This document shows positions 13,751 to 27,668 of a stretch of 64,000 nt of DNA, in pieces. The DNA is taken from positions 1 through 64,000 of the forward strand of contig NIVC01002720.1 of assembly GCA_002269645.1 (NCBI GenBank). The letters are read 5' to 3'. Numbering within the stretch: the first letter of the stretch is position 1; each line of letters opens with the position of its first letter. The notes under the pieces were generated by a model that was given only the letters and a program-made list of their open reading frames with translations, was not told where the DNA came from and did no database searches. The position numbers were made by a program, and so were the translations under genes. Origin of the DNA: Macrostomum lignano (Eukaryota).

Positions 13751-14578
13751 TATTTCGCTGGAGCAGAAGCGAGGGGCAGCTTAGCAGTTAATCACTGAGG
13801 GGTTTATCTATCTATACGCGTGGCTTCACTTCCTCAGCTGAGACCGCATTGGCTGTGACTTTAGCAAACAGATGCCATTTTCGGATTGTTTTAGGCAGAG
13901 TGGAATAGCGCAGGAATAGCCCGAGAATGCTGTGCTATGAGCTGCTGCCTGGCTGCCGAGATGCCCGCTGAATCCATTGTTACTTTTAGACAATGAAGCC
14001 GGGCAGCCATAGTCAGCATCCCAGTTCAAGGCCCCTACCCATTGGCTACTGCTATTGGCTATCGTCACATATTCCAAGCTATATAGTTGACCGTGTTACT
14101 AACCGAGCAAAAAGGATACTGGCTGCTGGTCAAATGCTCAGCATATTTGCATCAATTATGAGTATAGCCAGTCATTGTGTTGACAGCTCCAGTCCTAGAG
14201 TGTCTGAAGTTTCGGCGCTGCAGCGGTCCCATAACCGTTTACTGAGGCAGCGTAATTACAGTGATGGATGAACGTTCACTGGATGAACGTACAGCGAGAA
14301 GTATGCCAAGAGCTTCACAGGGTTCTTGTGGTGGATGCAGCTATTGTCAAGCACGAAAGCACCTGCGCTGAAGCACCATAAACGACAGTACATTTGGACT
14401 TGTAAAAAACATTAATAAAAGACAAGCGCTGAGCTGGCCATGCCAAGTAAAATTGGGATTGGGATTTTCAAGCGATCTTAGCCCGGGACAGGCCTTGGGA
14501 AGCCGGGACAACTCGTTCAATTAACGAACTAGCAGAAACTGTATCAAAGTTCTTTGTATGCTACACTGAACGAGAAAT

Positions 14579-14882
14579 AGGGGGTGGTAGCCTAGTGGTC
14601 AGAACGTCGGACTCGGACTGAACGGTCGGGGGTTCGATTCTCGACCCACGGAACAATTTGTGTCCTTGAGCAAGACACTTAACTCCGCATTGCTTCAGTT
14701 CACCCAGCTGTAAAATGGGTGCCAGCATTAGCTGGGGTAATTGAGGGTGTGAGTGGCGACCCCCCAGTCCTTGGACTGAGCAGCCGTACGCAGCCTTCAG
14801 ATGCGCCGTGCACAGCGGCTGAGCTGTCGATTGCACATCTGGCCATTAGAGCTGGTGTAATCAATTGTTATTATTATTTGTT
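14579..14882 (+). mobile_element. tRNA-derived SINE with a MIR/CORE-like central domain and (ATT)n tail
   Basis: A-box TAGCCTAGTGG, B-box GGTTCGATTC; TGTGTCCTTGAGCAAGACACTTAAC..CAGCTGTAAAATGGG resembles the CORE domain; ends TTGTTATTATTATT; its 3' part recurs at 24385-24510. Confidence 0.8.
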
Positions 14883-17048
14883 TCCTACAGTAAATGGAGT
14901 AAGTGAAGCGTCAGATACGACTATAATAAGGGAATAATAAAAAAATTATTTACATGCAAACAAACTAAATGATTTTGGCCAGGATTCCAATCGAATCTCT
15001 GGACAGGCCCGGGCCCTAGCCGAGACAATTATTATTTTTAAAGTTCTGAAGTAGCGTGCGTCATTCTTACAATATTCGTAAACGTGCCCTATTCGGGGTG
15101 ACGGGGTGCAAAGATACTTTGCTGAAAATAACCGCATGATTCTTATTATAGCTCGTATTAGGATTTCGACGTTGTGCAATTTCGAGCTTAAGAAAGCACC
15201 ATCCCGTTTTAAGGCCTTCTCGCGTTGATTTAGGTCACCTTGTCTGTTTGCGCGGAGTCAATTTTTTTAAATTTTGTGTAGTCTCATTTAAATCTTGTTG
15301 GTCGCTTTTTCACTCATGGAAATCAAGACATTTCGCGCCAGTGAATCTATATTGGATTTCCTGGTTGCTGGTTGTTTAACTAGCTAGACAGACGGGAACC
15401 TGCCAGAGTAGCAGCTGTATCATCCGCCCGGATTTCAGCCTAGACTGTCCTACAGATAAACACCGGAATTAGTAGCTATCCCGAAAGCGGAAGGTAAATG
15501 TAGGAACTCATCAGCTCCACACCATATTTGCATTCAATCGCAATCAGTATTAGCATGCATTGTTGTGTTTGAGCGTCCACAGTCTAAATCAATAAGATGA
15601 GTTTAAATGCAGTAGAAATATGATCGAGCTACCATCTACCAGCTTATCGTGGTGCATGGGAGCACACATCAATAAAATTGTATGGGACACGCCCACTAAG
15701 CCAAGCATAAGTTCGCAAATTAACTAACCAGCAAATTGCAGAGGCTGGTCTTGCCTAGGCAAATCACTGTGTTTACTATTCTTGAAAGTTGGTGGTGCAA
15801 ATTGCTACTATAAAATAGGACTATAAAATACAAGCACAAGGTTACTTTACCTACGTCTCGACTAGCAGCAAAAGCATCATCGGCCACGAGACAACAACTG
15901 TTCGTGAGAATACCAATGCTGCAGTGTTCTCCAACTGCCAGTTCGCAAATTGCACGATAATATCAATAAGTAGTACGAATACGTGACAGGGCAATAACAT
16001 CTGTGTTCACAATGTTTTGTTGTACTAACATGAGTCGTAGTTGTTTCGCTTTTTGCTGAACGCGTAATACGAGCCAATAAATATTAGACCATAGTCTATG
16101 GTCGAAATATCTGTTCTAGCGTGTGACAATCAGAAGCGTTGCCAGTAGGCTTGATCTATTTGACAATGGCAACAAACCATTCGCCAAATCTCTTGTTATT
16201 TTATTTGGTATTATGAAAATTATAAAAAATATTACTACATACAATTTAGTAGATTATGTGTAAAAGTAAGAATTCTGGATAAGTGGCCATAAATTCAAGC
16301 ATGTGCTCGTTAATTTTCAAATTTAACAATAAATTAAAAAACAAATTTGGTATAACAAATTTCTGATTTCAAAATTCAACACAATTCTAAGTTAGGATTG
16401 CAAGTTTAAATCACCTTGCTATCCTAAACAACAAGAAGATGGGTCACTGAGCTTTGAATGAACGAACGGCACTGCTACAGCTTTTGTGAGCCTATCTGAG
16501 AATACGCTGCCTGCGAGGGGCCTTGGCTGCGTCTTGCCTCAGTTTATGGGTCATGGACTGCAAAGGCAAAGCAAAGTGATAAAAAGCCACGCACACCGAG
16601 AATTGATCGCTTTCTCTCTTGTATTTCCCAGCTCTCTCCAGCCCCTCCGGGCTCAACCCTCCTTCCTTGACCCCTGCTTCTCTAACACCAGCGCCAAGTT
16701 ACAAATAAATAAATTACACGATTTTCACTTAGGCTGTCAAAGGCTGTGTAATTATCTTGCACAGAAAGGTAAACAGACTGCTGAATCACACTTTGATGCA
16801 GGTCAGTTCGACTGCATGTTGATTTCCTGGAGGCAACAGCGCAGCATACTAGCGGAATGGGGAGTCCGTTATCAGTCATATCTGCTATGCATGTATTGCA
16901 TGTGTGTATCAGAGTCAGTTTCGTTGTTTGCAAAATGCTCATCAGTTATTAAATTCGAAGAGTCGGCGTTAGAACTGAGTGCGTGGCCAATCTTGTTACT
17001 ATTTTAAGCCTTCGATAACAACTATTGAATCTGCCGCATCCCCTTCAT

Positions 17049-17976
17049 CTACTGCCGAGCCACCGCAGCCTCCAGCTCGGCCATGAGCCGCAGGCAGGCC
17101 TCATCCCGCCAGGGCAGGGCTGCGCACTGCACGCTGACTGGCAGGCCGTCCGAGCTTGCGTCGTGCATGGCGGCCACGGACCGGTGCCAGGCGGACTTGC
17201 CGGCCGGGTAGGCGGCGGCCGCCTCGGCCAGGTCCTCCGCCGTCACCCGGGTCACCGGCACCGTGCCGGCCGGGCAATTCAGCGTGTTGAACAAATTGAA
17301 ATACGACAGAGCGCCCGTGAAGCTGCCGCTGGTTGGCGCCAGGTGGACAGCCGGACAGGCGCCAGCCGGACAGATCAGGCCGTCCAGGCCGGCCTGGCGC
17401 CAGGCGAAACAGAATTGGCGCCTGGCGTCGGCCAGCCGCTGCGCCAAATGCCACACGCCGCCGCCGTCGGCATCGGCGCCAAGCGACGCTTCCAACCAGA
17501 CGGCGGCCTCTCGACGGCCGGAGGCGGCGGCGGCCCGGGCTCGAGCCCGGCGCAGCCAGCGCGGAGTGCGGGCAGTGTCCAGGCTGTGCCGAACCGCCGG
17601 CGAGAGCTCGTCTCCGTCCAGCAGATCAACAAGCCGACGCCCACCGTCAGAGAAGACGCAGCGCAGGTACAGCTCGAAATACGGAGCGTCGGGCAGCCGC
17701 CAGGCTACGAGGCGGTGGCCGCGGGACTCCAAGGCCGACTTGGCCAGCTGGACGGCGCGACGCATGCAGGGCAGGGCGTCGAATAGGTGCGGCGATTCGT
17801 CCACGAAGTAGCCAATGACCAGCGGCCGCTGGCTGCGGGGAGGGGCGGGGGCGATGCTGAGACTGCTCAACTTTTTGACTTTGAAAAGGGTTCGCTAACT
17901 GTGCAGTCTTAGAGTCCGACGGACGGACAGAGAGAAAGAAAGACAGACAGAGAGACAGACAGACAAACAGACAGGC

Positions 17977-18007
<31 letters not shown>

Positions 18008-18012
18008 AAGAA

Positions 18013-18049
<37 letters not shown>

Positions 18050-19075
18050 TACAGACAGACAGACAGACAGAAAGACAGGCAGACGGACACACCCGTCGCA
18101 GTCGTCGCCAGCCCAGTCCAGAGGGGGCAGCTCCGGGTCCAGCCGGTATTGGTGCCCAGGCCGAGCTGAGCACATCGCCGACATCAGCAAGGCCACTCCA
18201 CCGACGTCGTGAGCTAGAGGCCCCCAGGTGCCCGGCACCAGCCGCTGGGCCCCGGCAGCGGCGGCGCCGAAGCCCTGGCTGGTGAGACGGCCGTTGGTCG
18301 GCTTGAAGCCGACGCAGCCGCACCACGCGGCAGGCAGCCGAATGCTGCCGCCGAGGTCGGTGCCGAGGCCCAGTGGGGAGCCGCTGCCGGCCACCAGGGC
18401 GGCCTCGCCGCTGCTGCTGCCGCCGGGGCTTCGACCGGGCGCGCTCGGATGCCTGACTGTGCCATCAATAGGATTCGAGCTTAGGACCGACATCATCGAT
18501 TGCGGCACGGCGGTTCGGACGAAAGGAACTCCGCCGAGAGCCTTCAGGGCGGCCACCGGCGAGCAGTCGGCTTCGGCCGGCCGGCCGATCAGGGCCGAGC
18601 AGCCCACGCAGGAGTCGCGGCCGGCCAGGCAAAAATTATCCTTCAAGCTGACGGGCAGGCCGGCCAGCGGCCCGTCCAGATCGACGCCCGCCCAGTCCGG
18701 CGCCAGGAACTCCACAGCGCAGTTGGTGCGGCTGTCCACATCGATTGCCCGGCGCTGATAGGCTAGCAGGACTCTGCGGTGGTCCAGAGTTCGAGCCTGC
18801 AGCCGGCCGACCAGCTCGGCGGTTGGCAGGGCGAGGATTTCGGCCTCCTCGGCTGGCGACAGTCCGGCCCGCTCCGTGGCTGCCTTCACCGACTCGACGA
18901 AGCGCGCCTTGGCCTCGGCTAAATCGGCGCGCCGGCGCTGGCGCCGAAGACTCAGGTCGGCGGCGCGGACTGACCGGCGACGCCAGTCGTAGAGCAGCGA
19001 GGCGAGGCCGCTGGCTGCCGCTGCGATGGCGGCAGACGCGATCAGGGCCAGCGCCAGGGACTGCCGCCTGCCCAT
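17049..19075 (-). CDS. Fatty-acid amide hydrolase (FAAH1-like amidase); exons ~19075-18093 and ~17856-17049
   Basis: N-terminal TM helix; PLAGLPVSLKD (catalytic Lys); GGSSSGEAAL..GTDLGGSIRLPAAWCG amidase signature; C-terminal YFNLFNTLNCPAGTVPVTRV..GLPVSVQCAALPWRDEACLRLM; acceptor position uncertain. Confidence 0.92.
17920..18085. repeat. (GACA)n microsatellite in the FAAH intron
   Basis: Direct reading. Confidence 0.95.
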
Positions 19076-19124
19076 GGAGACCGGCTTGAAGTCCGCCTGC
19101 GGGACGGGTGGTTCTCGACATCTG

Positions 19125-19975
19125 AGTCTACTCAGTCCTCGAGTCCATCATTAGAAACTAATTCCCCCCTGAGTCTACTCAGTCCTCGAGTCCATCATTA
19201 GAAACTAATTCCCCCTGAGTCTACTCAGTCCTTTAGTCCATCATTAGAAACTAATTTCCTCCCGAGTCTACTCAGTCCTCGAGTCCTTGAGTCCCAGTCA
19301 TCATTAGAAACTAATTCCCTCCCGAGTCTACTCAGTCCTCGAGTCCATCATTAGAAACGAATTCCCTCCCGAGTCTACTCAGTCTTCGAGTCCATCATTA
19401 GAAACTAATTCCCCCCGAGTCTACTCAGAAACTAATTCCCCCTGAGTCTACTCAGTCCTCGAGTCCATCATTAGAAACTAATTCCCTCCCGAGTCTACTC
19501 AGTCCTCGAGTCCATCATTAGAAACTAATTCCCTCCCGAGTCTACTCAGTCCTCGAGTCCATCATTAGAAACTAATTCCCCCCTGAGTCTACTCAGTCCT
19601 CGAGTCCATCATTAGAAACTAATTCCCTCCCGAGTCTACTCAGTCCTCGAGTCCATCATTAGAAACTAATTCCCCCGAGTCTACTCAGTCCTCGAGTCCA
19701 TCATTAGAAACTAATTCCCCCCCCCCCGAGTCTACTCAGTCTGCGAGTCCATCATTAGAAACTAATTCCCTCCCGAGTCTACTCAGTCCTCGAGTCCATC
19801 ATTAGAAACTAATTTCCTCCCGAGTCTACTCAGTCCTCGAGTCCATCATTAGAAACTAATTCCCCCCCCCCGAGTCTACTCAGTCTGCGAGTCCATTATT
19901 AAAAAACTAATTCCCCCTGAGTCTACTCAGTCCTAGAGTGCATCTTTAGAAATTAATTCCTTCCCCGAGTCTACA
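19125..19975. repeat. ~47 bp minisatellite (GAGTCTACTCAGTCCTCGAGTCCATCATTAGAAACTAATTCCC) immediately upstream of FAAH
   Basis: Direct reading. Confidence 0.95.
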
Positions 19976-20525
19976 TGGAGGATGCTTATCATTTGAATTG
20001 CATCCTCAGAATTTAGACATTAAGCCATAGTACAATACATGTACTTATTGAAAGATTTCAGCCACCGTTTGTTATCAATACATGAGGCATACGTTTTTTA
20101 TTCTACTTAATGAAAGCTTTCCTCACGAGTTTATCGCCTGAATTCTATTTTCATATTCTATCCAGAGTCCATATAGTCTATCCTTATATTCCACTGCTGA
20201 ATGTATTTTATTTTCAGATTTTTTTCCTATTTATTATATCCTACCACAAGTGAGCCCATACAATACTTTGTTCGACCAGTATATGTTATGAATTTCGAAA
20301 TCAATAAAACAAAACAGATTTCCAAAATTGAAATAACCATTTGCAGACGAATTAATAAAGCAACTATAATTAGCTCAGTAAATCACAATAACAGCAATAC
20401 AAAGTGGAGCAATCCCAATTGAAAATTATATTTATTTAGCCATGAGTCAGCAACAAAAATGCTTTGAGCTTTAACAGCCTAAGTACACAACTACAAAATA
20501 GGGAATAAAAAGCGTTACTAACTAC

Positions 20526-21272
20526 TTAGTGCAGCTTCCTGCTAAACAGCAGAGTCACCAGCACTTGTTGATTCTCTGCCGCCGAGCGGAGCTCCGCTTC
20601 GATGCGCGCCACCTCAACTGTCAGGCGGTCCAACTCGGCGCCGAGGTTGGCGGCGGCGCGGGCGCTCGCCAGCCGGCTGGGGAAATCGGCGACAAGCCCG
20701 CCAGCGCTGGTCAGCAGGTCGGCCAGCCGCTGCTCGGATTCGACGCCCAGCTCCAGCCAGCCGCCGCTGCTGTCCTCTTGGCGACCCGGCGAGAGCGCCG
20801 CCGCCACAGCTGGCTGAGCGGCGGTCAGGAGTCGCGCCAGGCTTGTCAGCTCGTGCAGTCGGCTTGTCAGACGGCGCAGCCGGTCGCGCGACAGCACGGG
20901 CAGGTAGGGCGAGCGGACGCTGCGGCGGTGCACCGTCCAGGACTCCTGCAGGACCTCGTCGGCCAGGCGGCAGGCAGCCAGCAGCTGCTCGGCCTCAGCC
21001 TCTGCGTTGTCGGCCTCAACCTCCCTGCCAGCAGCGGATGGAGGCGGAGTCTCGCCAAAGGCGGACTCGTAGGCGGCCAGAATGGCGCGGCAGCGGACGG
21101 CGGATGGCTGCGCCTCCGACTGCCACGGATTCGAGCCCGAGCCTCTACCGCCGCTGGACGAGTAGTCTGCACTGGGATTCGAACCCGCAACGCTAACGCT
21201 GCCAAGGACATCGTCGGCGGCTTGAGCGGCGGCAGCGGTGGCGGCTGAAGGCGAAGACGAGTCATCAGCCAT
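20526..21272 (-). CDS. Single-exon 248-aa helical/coiled-coil protein, possibly HAUS2 (augmin subunit 2)-like
   Basis: ATG start, GC-rich like neighbouring genes; N-terminal NPW and the LELGVESEQRLADLL..A..L..RL pattern resemble my recollection of HAUS2; homology unverified. Confidence 0.6.
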   Translation of the reverse strand: MADDSSSPSAATAAAAQAADDVLGSVSVAGSNPSADYSSSGGRGSGSNPWQSEAQPSAVRCRAILAAYESAFGETPPPSAAGREVEADNAEAEAEQLLAACRLADEVLQESWTVHRRSVRSPYLPVLSRDRLRRLTSRLHELTSLARLLTAAQPAVAAALSPGRQEDSSGGWLELGVESEQRLADLLTSAGGLVADFPSRLASARAAANLGAELDRLTVEVARIEAELRSAAENQQVLVTLLFSRKLH

Positions 21273-21374
21273 CAGGGTGGAGGAGAGCCAGTTGGAACGC
21301 CGTTTGAGCTCCTGCAGTTTCGGCGTTAAAACAGTTTTCTGGGATTACTCCTAGCAAGCCACCTAATAGAGACT

Positions 21375-21845
21375 GGTAGCTTTAAAACTGAGGGGGGGGG
21401 CAGACTGAGAGGGGGGCGGAGAGGCAGATTCAAGGACTGAGGGGGGGGGGCGGAGAGGCAGATTCTAGGACTGAGGGGGGCGGAGAGGCAGATTCAAGGA
21501 CTGAGGGGGGCGGGAGGCAGATTCAAGGACTGAGGGGGGCGGAGAGGCGGATTCAAGGACTGAGGGGGGCGGAGAGGCAGATTCAAGGACTGAGGGGGGC
21601 GGAGAGGCAGATTCAAGGACTGAGGGGGGCGGAGAGGCGGATTCAAGGACTGAGGGGGGCGGAGAGGCAGATTCAAGGACTGAGGGGGGCGGAGAGGCAG
21701 ATTCAAGGACTGAGGGGGCGGAGAGGCAGATTCAAGGACTGAGGGGGGCGGAGAGGCAGATTCAAGGACTGAGGGGGGGGGGGAGAAGCAGATTTAAGGA
21801 CTGAGGGGGATGGGCGGAGAGGCAGATTCAAGGACTGAGAGAGAG
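21375..21845. repeat. ~30 bp G-rich minisatellite (GAGAGGCAGATTCAAGGACTGAGGGGGGCG)
   Basis: Direct reading. Confidence 0.95.
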
Positions 21846-22381
21846 CAAAGATGCTGAGATTCTGAGCTCAAACTCAGTGCAAAAATTCACGGTGATGTTA
21901 AAAGGAACTAAAAAGTTTTTCATAAATAAATGACTACTTGAATAGCAGTTCAAGCTACTTCAAGTAGAAGTGAATCTAGGATTGATGACTGAAGCTAAAC
22001 CCACTCCAAGACTGCAGTTTATTTAGCGTTAGAATAGATCTGTGCCGGCTATACAGACAAGCTAAAATCCCAATGCATGCAGGATCTACACTGGATAAGG
22101 TGGTGAAACAAAAAAGGATCGAAAAAACACAGATTTCCCAAAGTCAAAGCAGGATAGAAAAAATCCAGGACTGTTTCTCTAACTATGAATGACGCTATTA
22201 AATTCATATTTTTTATTACGAACAAAACCCTGACATCCCGTAACGAAATTAGTAGACAACAAAGAACAACACTTTCGTATAATAATGACATTCGACTGCT
22301 TCCCTACAACTCTATATTTACATTGATGAGGGATAACTGAAACTTTGTCTGTTTATTAAAACTGTCACACAGTTGCGTCTC

Positions 22382-23050
22382 TCATTTCCTGTACCACATC
22401 TGGGCCCGTTTAATCCGTTTAATCTTCTTCTGCAGTTGGAGCACGCCATACAGCAGGGCCTCGGCGGATGGCGGGCAGCCGGGCACGTAGATGTCAACAG
22501 GTATGATTCTGTCGCAGCCGCGCACAACGCTATAAGAATAATGATAATAGCCGCCGCCGTTGGCGCAGCTGCCCATGCTGATCACCCATTTCGGGTCGGG
22601 CATCTGGTCGTACACTTTGCGCAACGCCGGCGCCATCTTGTTAGTGACGGTGCCGGCTACCAGAATGCAGTCGGCCTGTCGGGGCGAGGCGCGGAACACC
22701 ACGCCGAACCGGTCCATATCGTAGCGCGGCGCGGCCATGTGCATCATCTCGACTGCGCAGCAGGCCAAACCGAACGTGAGCGGCCAAAGCGAGTTCTTGC
22801 GCGACCAGTTCAAGAGATCGTCTAGGCGGGCCAAGGCGAACTCCTGCTTGCTGGTGGCGCCGCGGAATGGCGAATAGGGCCCGAATTTTTGCGCGTCGTG
22901 CGGCACCGGAGCGCCTGACGACGAGGCGACGGATTTGTCGCTTTGGTGCCGCTTCGACACGAGCGGAACCGCCATCGAGGCCGGGCCGGACGGCGGGGAG
23001 GCGAGGCGAGCGGCTAAGCCGAGTCTGCTGATGCAGCTTTGCAGCATCAT
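22382..23050 (-). CDS. NDUFS7: NADH:ubiquinone oxidoreductase subunit S7 (PSST), intronless, with mitochondrial presequence
   Basis: [95 protein letters not shown]; likely start at MMLQSC (23050). Confidence 0.97.
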   Translation of the reverse strand: MMLQSCISRLGLAARLASPPSGPASMAVPLVSKRHQSDKSVASSSGAPVPHDAQKFGPYSPFRGATSKQEFALARLDDLLNWSRKNSLWPLTFGLACCAVEMMHMAAPRYDMDRFGVVFRASPRQADCILVAGTVTNKMAPALRKVYDQMPDPKWVISMGSCANGGGYYHYSYSVVRGCDRIIPVDIYVPGCPPSAEALLYGVLQLQKKIKRIKRAQMWYRK

Positions 23051-23109
23051 GAAGAGGAGCGGAACTGTTACATTGCACACACAATTTTGATTCAGTTGAA
23101 TTGTTTGTA

Positions 23110-23600
23110 AATGGGTCGCTAATTGCCTCTGAATTAGTCGCTAATTGTGCCTCTGAATGAGTCGCTAATTGCCTCTGAATGAGTCGCTAATTGCCTCTGA
23201 ATAAGTCGCTAATTGCCTCTGAATGAGTCGCTAATTGCCTCTGAATGAGTCGCTAATTGCCTCTGAATTAGTCGCTAATTGTGCCTCTGAATGAGTCGCT
23301 AATTGCCTCTGAATGAGTCGCTAATTGCCTCTGAATGAGTCGCTAATTGTGCCTCTGAATGGGCCGCTAATTTTGTATGAATGAGCTGCTATTGTGCCTC
23401 TGAATGAGTCGCTAATTGCCTCTGAATGGGCCGCTAATTTTGTATGAATGAGCTGCTATTGTGCCTCTGAATGAGTCGCTAATTGCCTCTGAATGGGCCG
23501 CTAATTGCCTCTGAATGAGCTGCTATTGTGCCTCTGAATGAGTCGCTAATTGCCTCTGAATGGGCCGCTAATTTTGTCTGAATGAGCTGCTAATCGATAC
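23110..23600. repeat. ~22-24 bp minisatellite (GTCGCTAATTGCCTCTGAATGA) upstream of NDUFS7
   Basis: Direct reading. Confidence 0.95.
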
Positions 23601-24037
23601 TGAAATGCCGCTAAGGGAATTTAAAAATTAAGTAGCCACGAATCTAGACACAGTAAATTAATAATTGAAATAAACAACACTTACAGACCTGTTTAGGAGC
23701 TATCGTAATATTGAATATTGAATATATAATTTTAAAAGGATTAATTGATTTTGGTTAGATTAAAAACAGTGTTAAAACTTTATAATGGAAGGAGATATAA
23801 AATACGCTATTTAACTGTCATAAATAGAAACGGTACCCGGGGATCACAGGCGCTGGTCGAGTTACAGATCAGAGAGCAATAAAAATGTAAATAACGAAGA
23901 ACAGAAATCATATGGTTCTTGGGTACAAAGCAATTTTCCGAGATCCAATTTCGACCAACATTGTATAAAATATTTGACAAAATGAAGTAAAACTGACAAC
24001 ATTAATCGATAGCCGATACAACCGTCGAGGAATATCC

Positions 24038-25810
<1,773 letters not shown>

Positions 25811-26421
25811 AGGGGGTCTCTGTGGATCCGTAGTTACACCCGGTTCTAGCATGACACTCTGGGGAATATTTAGGCCAGTAATTATCGATGCAATATAACA
25901 GTAGGTGGCAAAATATTTTGAAGACGATGTATAATTCTGAACACAATGCTAAGCTGAAAATACGCTTGTAGTAAACCTTGTATCAGCTGAGTGTAGAAGC
26001 TGAGATAAATATTTAACTTCTAGCATGTTGGCTAGATGTAAGGTGCTTTACGATTTACAAAGAAGACAAGAGCAAAAATCGGACTTAGCAACCTTATTAC
26101 GTAAGCGCGCACACTACTTAGATTATTGGAGCAGTAGTAAATTGCGGTTATGGTCACTTAAAATCGCGCAGACCAATAGAAAATGCTTATTCTTGTAAAC
26201 AAACAAAATTATGCGACATTAAAAAATCGCGTAATTGAGCACCGTCTAGAGAATAGCACATCGATAGCAGTAGAGATATAAATATAGAAATGCCTTAGCT
26301 TCAACAACTGCTAATAATTAATAACCCAATCGGGCTTGACCAACTAACTTACACTAACAGCACTAGTAATATAAAGGTGGCTGTCAATATACATGTACTA
26401 TATACAATAATAAGCCAGTTG

Positions 26422-27221
26422 CTACTCAATAGCCTCCTCCTCGAAGTCCGGACGCCAGGCCCAGGACACGAGCACCTCTGGCGGCTCGTCGACCCCGGCC
26501 CCGAGGCGATGGCGAACGGCCAGCACGCGGCCCTCTGGGCGCACCGGGCCGACGCTACTAGAGCTGTCGAAACCTTCTGCCAGTTTGAACACCTTGGCCA
26601 GCCAACGTCGACGACGTCCTTCAACACCGTCCGGGCCGCCGATGGGCTCCCAGGGCAGCGCAAACGGATGTCGGAATCGGTCTCCGCTGTTGAGGAACGG
26701 CGCGACAACATCTGCGGCAGACTGGACCAGCACGGGCGCCGGCGGCTGCGGTGATGCAGCGACAACAGCCGCCGAGGCCGCCGCTGAGGTCACGGCTTTT
26801 CGCCGGAGCTCCGGCCGACGCTTCGGCGACGGACGAACGCCGGCCTGATCCTGTCTGGAGGAGCTCAGCACCGATGTCGATCGACGCGGACGCTTTGCCA
26901 CTGTCGCCATTTCCGCGCTTGACGTCGCTGTCAAAGACGCGTCCCGATTGTCGTCTTCTTCATCGTCGGATGTTGCCGACACTGAAGGAGGCGGCGAAGA
27001 CGGTGGCGGCCGCTTCAGTAGTCGCTTAGGCCGCTGCTGCGAGGCGGCGCCGCTGTCGTGATCGAGCTCGAGCTGAAAGCCGGCGTTGCTGCTTTTCCTG
27101 CTTGGCCGGTCGCGAGGATCCAGAGACAGCACCGAGTAGTGACGAGCCTCCGGCCGATCGTCCGGGCAGTCGTGATCTGTCCGAGTGGCATGCCGGGCAC
27201 TTTGTACATGCAGTCTTCAGA
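26422..27221 (-). CDS. Uncharacterised Ser/Pro/Arg-rich exon with no start codon; probably the 3' exon of the zinc-finger gene; weak chromo-like C-terminal motif
   Basis: Frame open 27216-26422, GC-rich; TTCCAG acceptor at 27223-27222; NLS-like KRPKR/PKRRP; RVLAVRHR..EVLVSW. Confidence 0.55.
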
Positions 27222-27254
27222 CTGGAACCCACGATAAAGACAAAACACAGACAT

Positions 27255-27560
27255 CACAGATCTCACTAAACATCCCATACCCCACACATAAACATCCCAA
27301 ACCCCACACCCAAACATCCCAAACCCCACACCCAAACATCCTAGACCCCACACCCAAACATCCCAAACCCCACACCCAAACATCCCAAACTCACACACTT
27401 AAACATCCCAAACCCACGCCTAAACATCCCAGACCCCACACTCAAACATCCTAGACCCCACACCCAAACATCCTAGACCCCACACCCAAACATCCTAGAC
27501 CCCACACCCAAACATCCTAGACCCCACACCCAAACATCCTAGACCCACACCCAGATCCCA
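27255..27560. repeat. ~22 bp repeat (CACACCCAAACATCCTAGACCC) in the putative zinc-finger intron
   Basis: Direct reading. Confidence 0.9.
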
Positions 27561-27668
27561 TACCAGAGCATTCCAAATCCCACACGCAAACATCGCAGAT
27601 CTCAACCAAGAAACATCAGTTCATATTGAGGTACCATAGAACAGGCTCAGTTAATCACTGCTCCCAAA

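Noticed and set aside
13826-14077. 83-aa ORF as an upstream ENaC coding exon
   Set aside because: Begins at TTG with an in-frame stop upstream; only the last few codons (from the ATG at ~13849) could be coding
17025-19121. Many overlapping Arg/Ala/Pro-rich ORFs around FAAH (and similarly around the orphan, TSC1, RING and LicD2)
   Set aside because: Shadow ORFs from high GC content; only one frame carries family motifs
19125-19975. Regular arrays resembling CRISPR (also 51828-52648 and 54019-56170)
   Set aside because: Contiguous units with no unique spacers, no cas genes, eukaryotic context
22382-23050. Bacterial contamination or HGT (nuoB-like; also the LicD genes)
   Set aside because: Mitochondrial presequence and eukaryote-type C-terminus; LicD1 has spliceosomal introns; all are embedded among intron-containing animal genes
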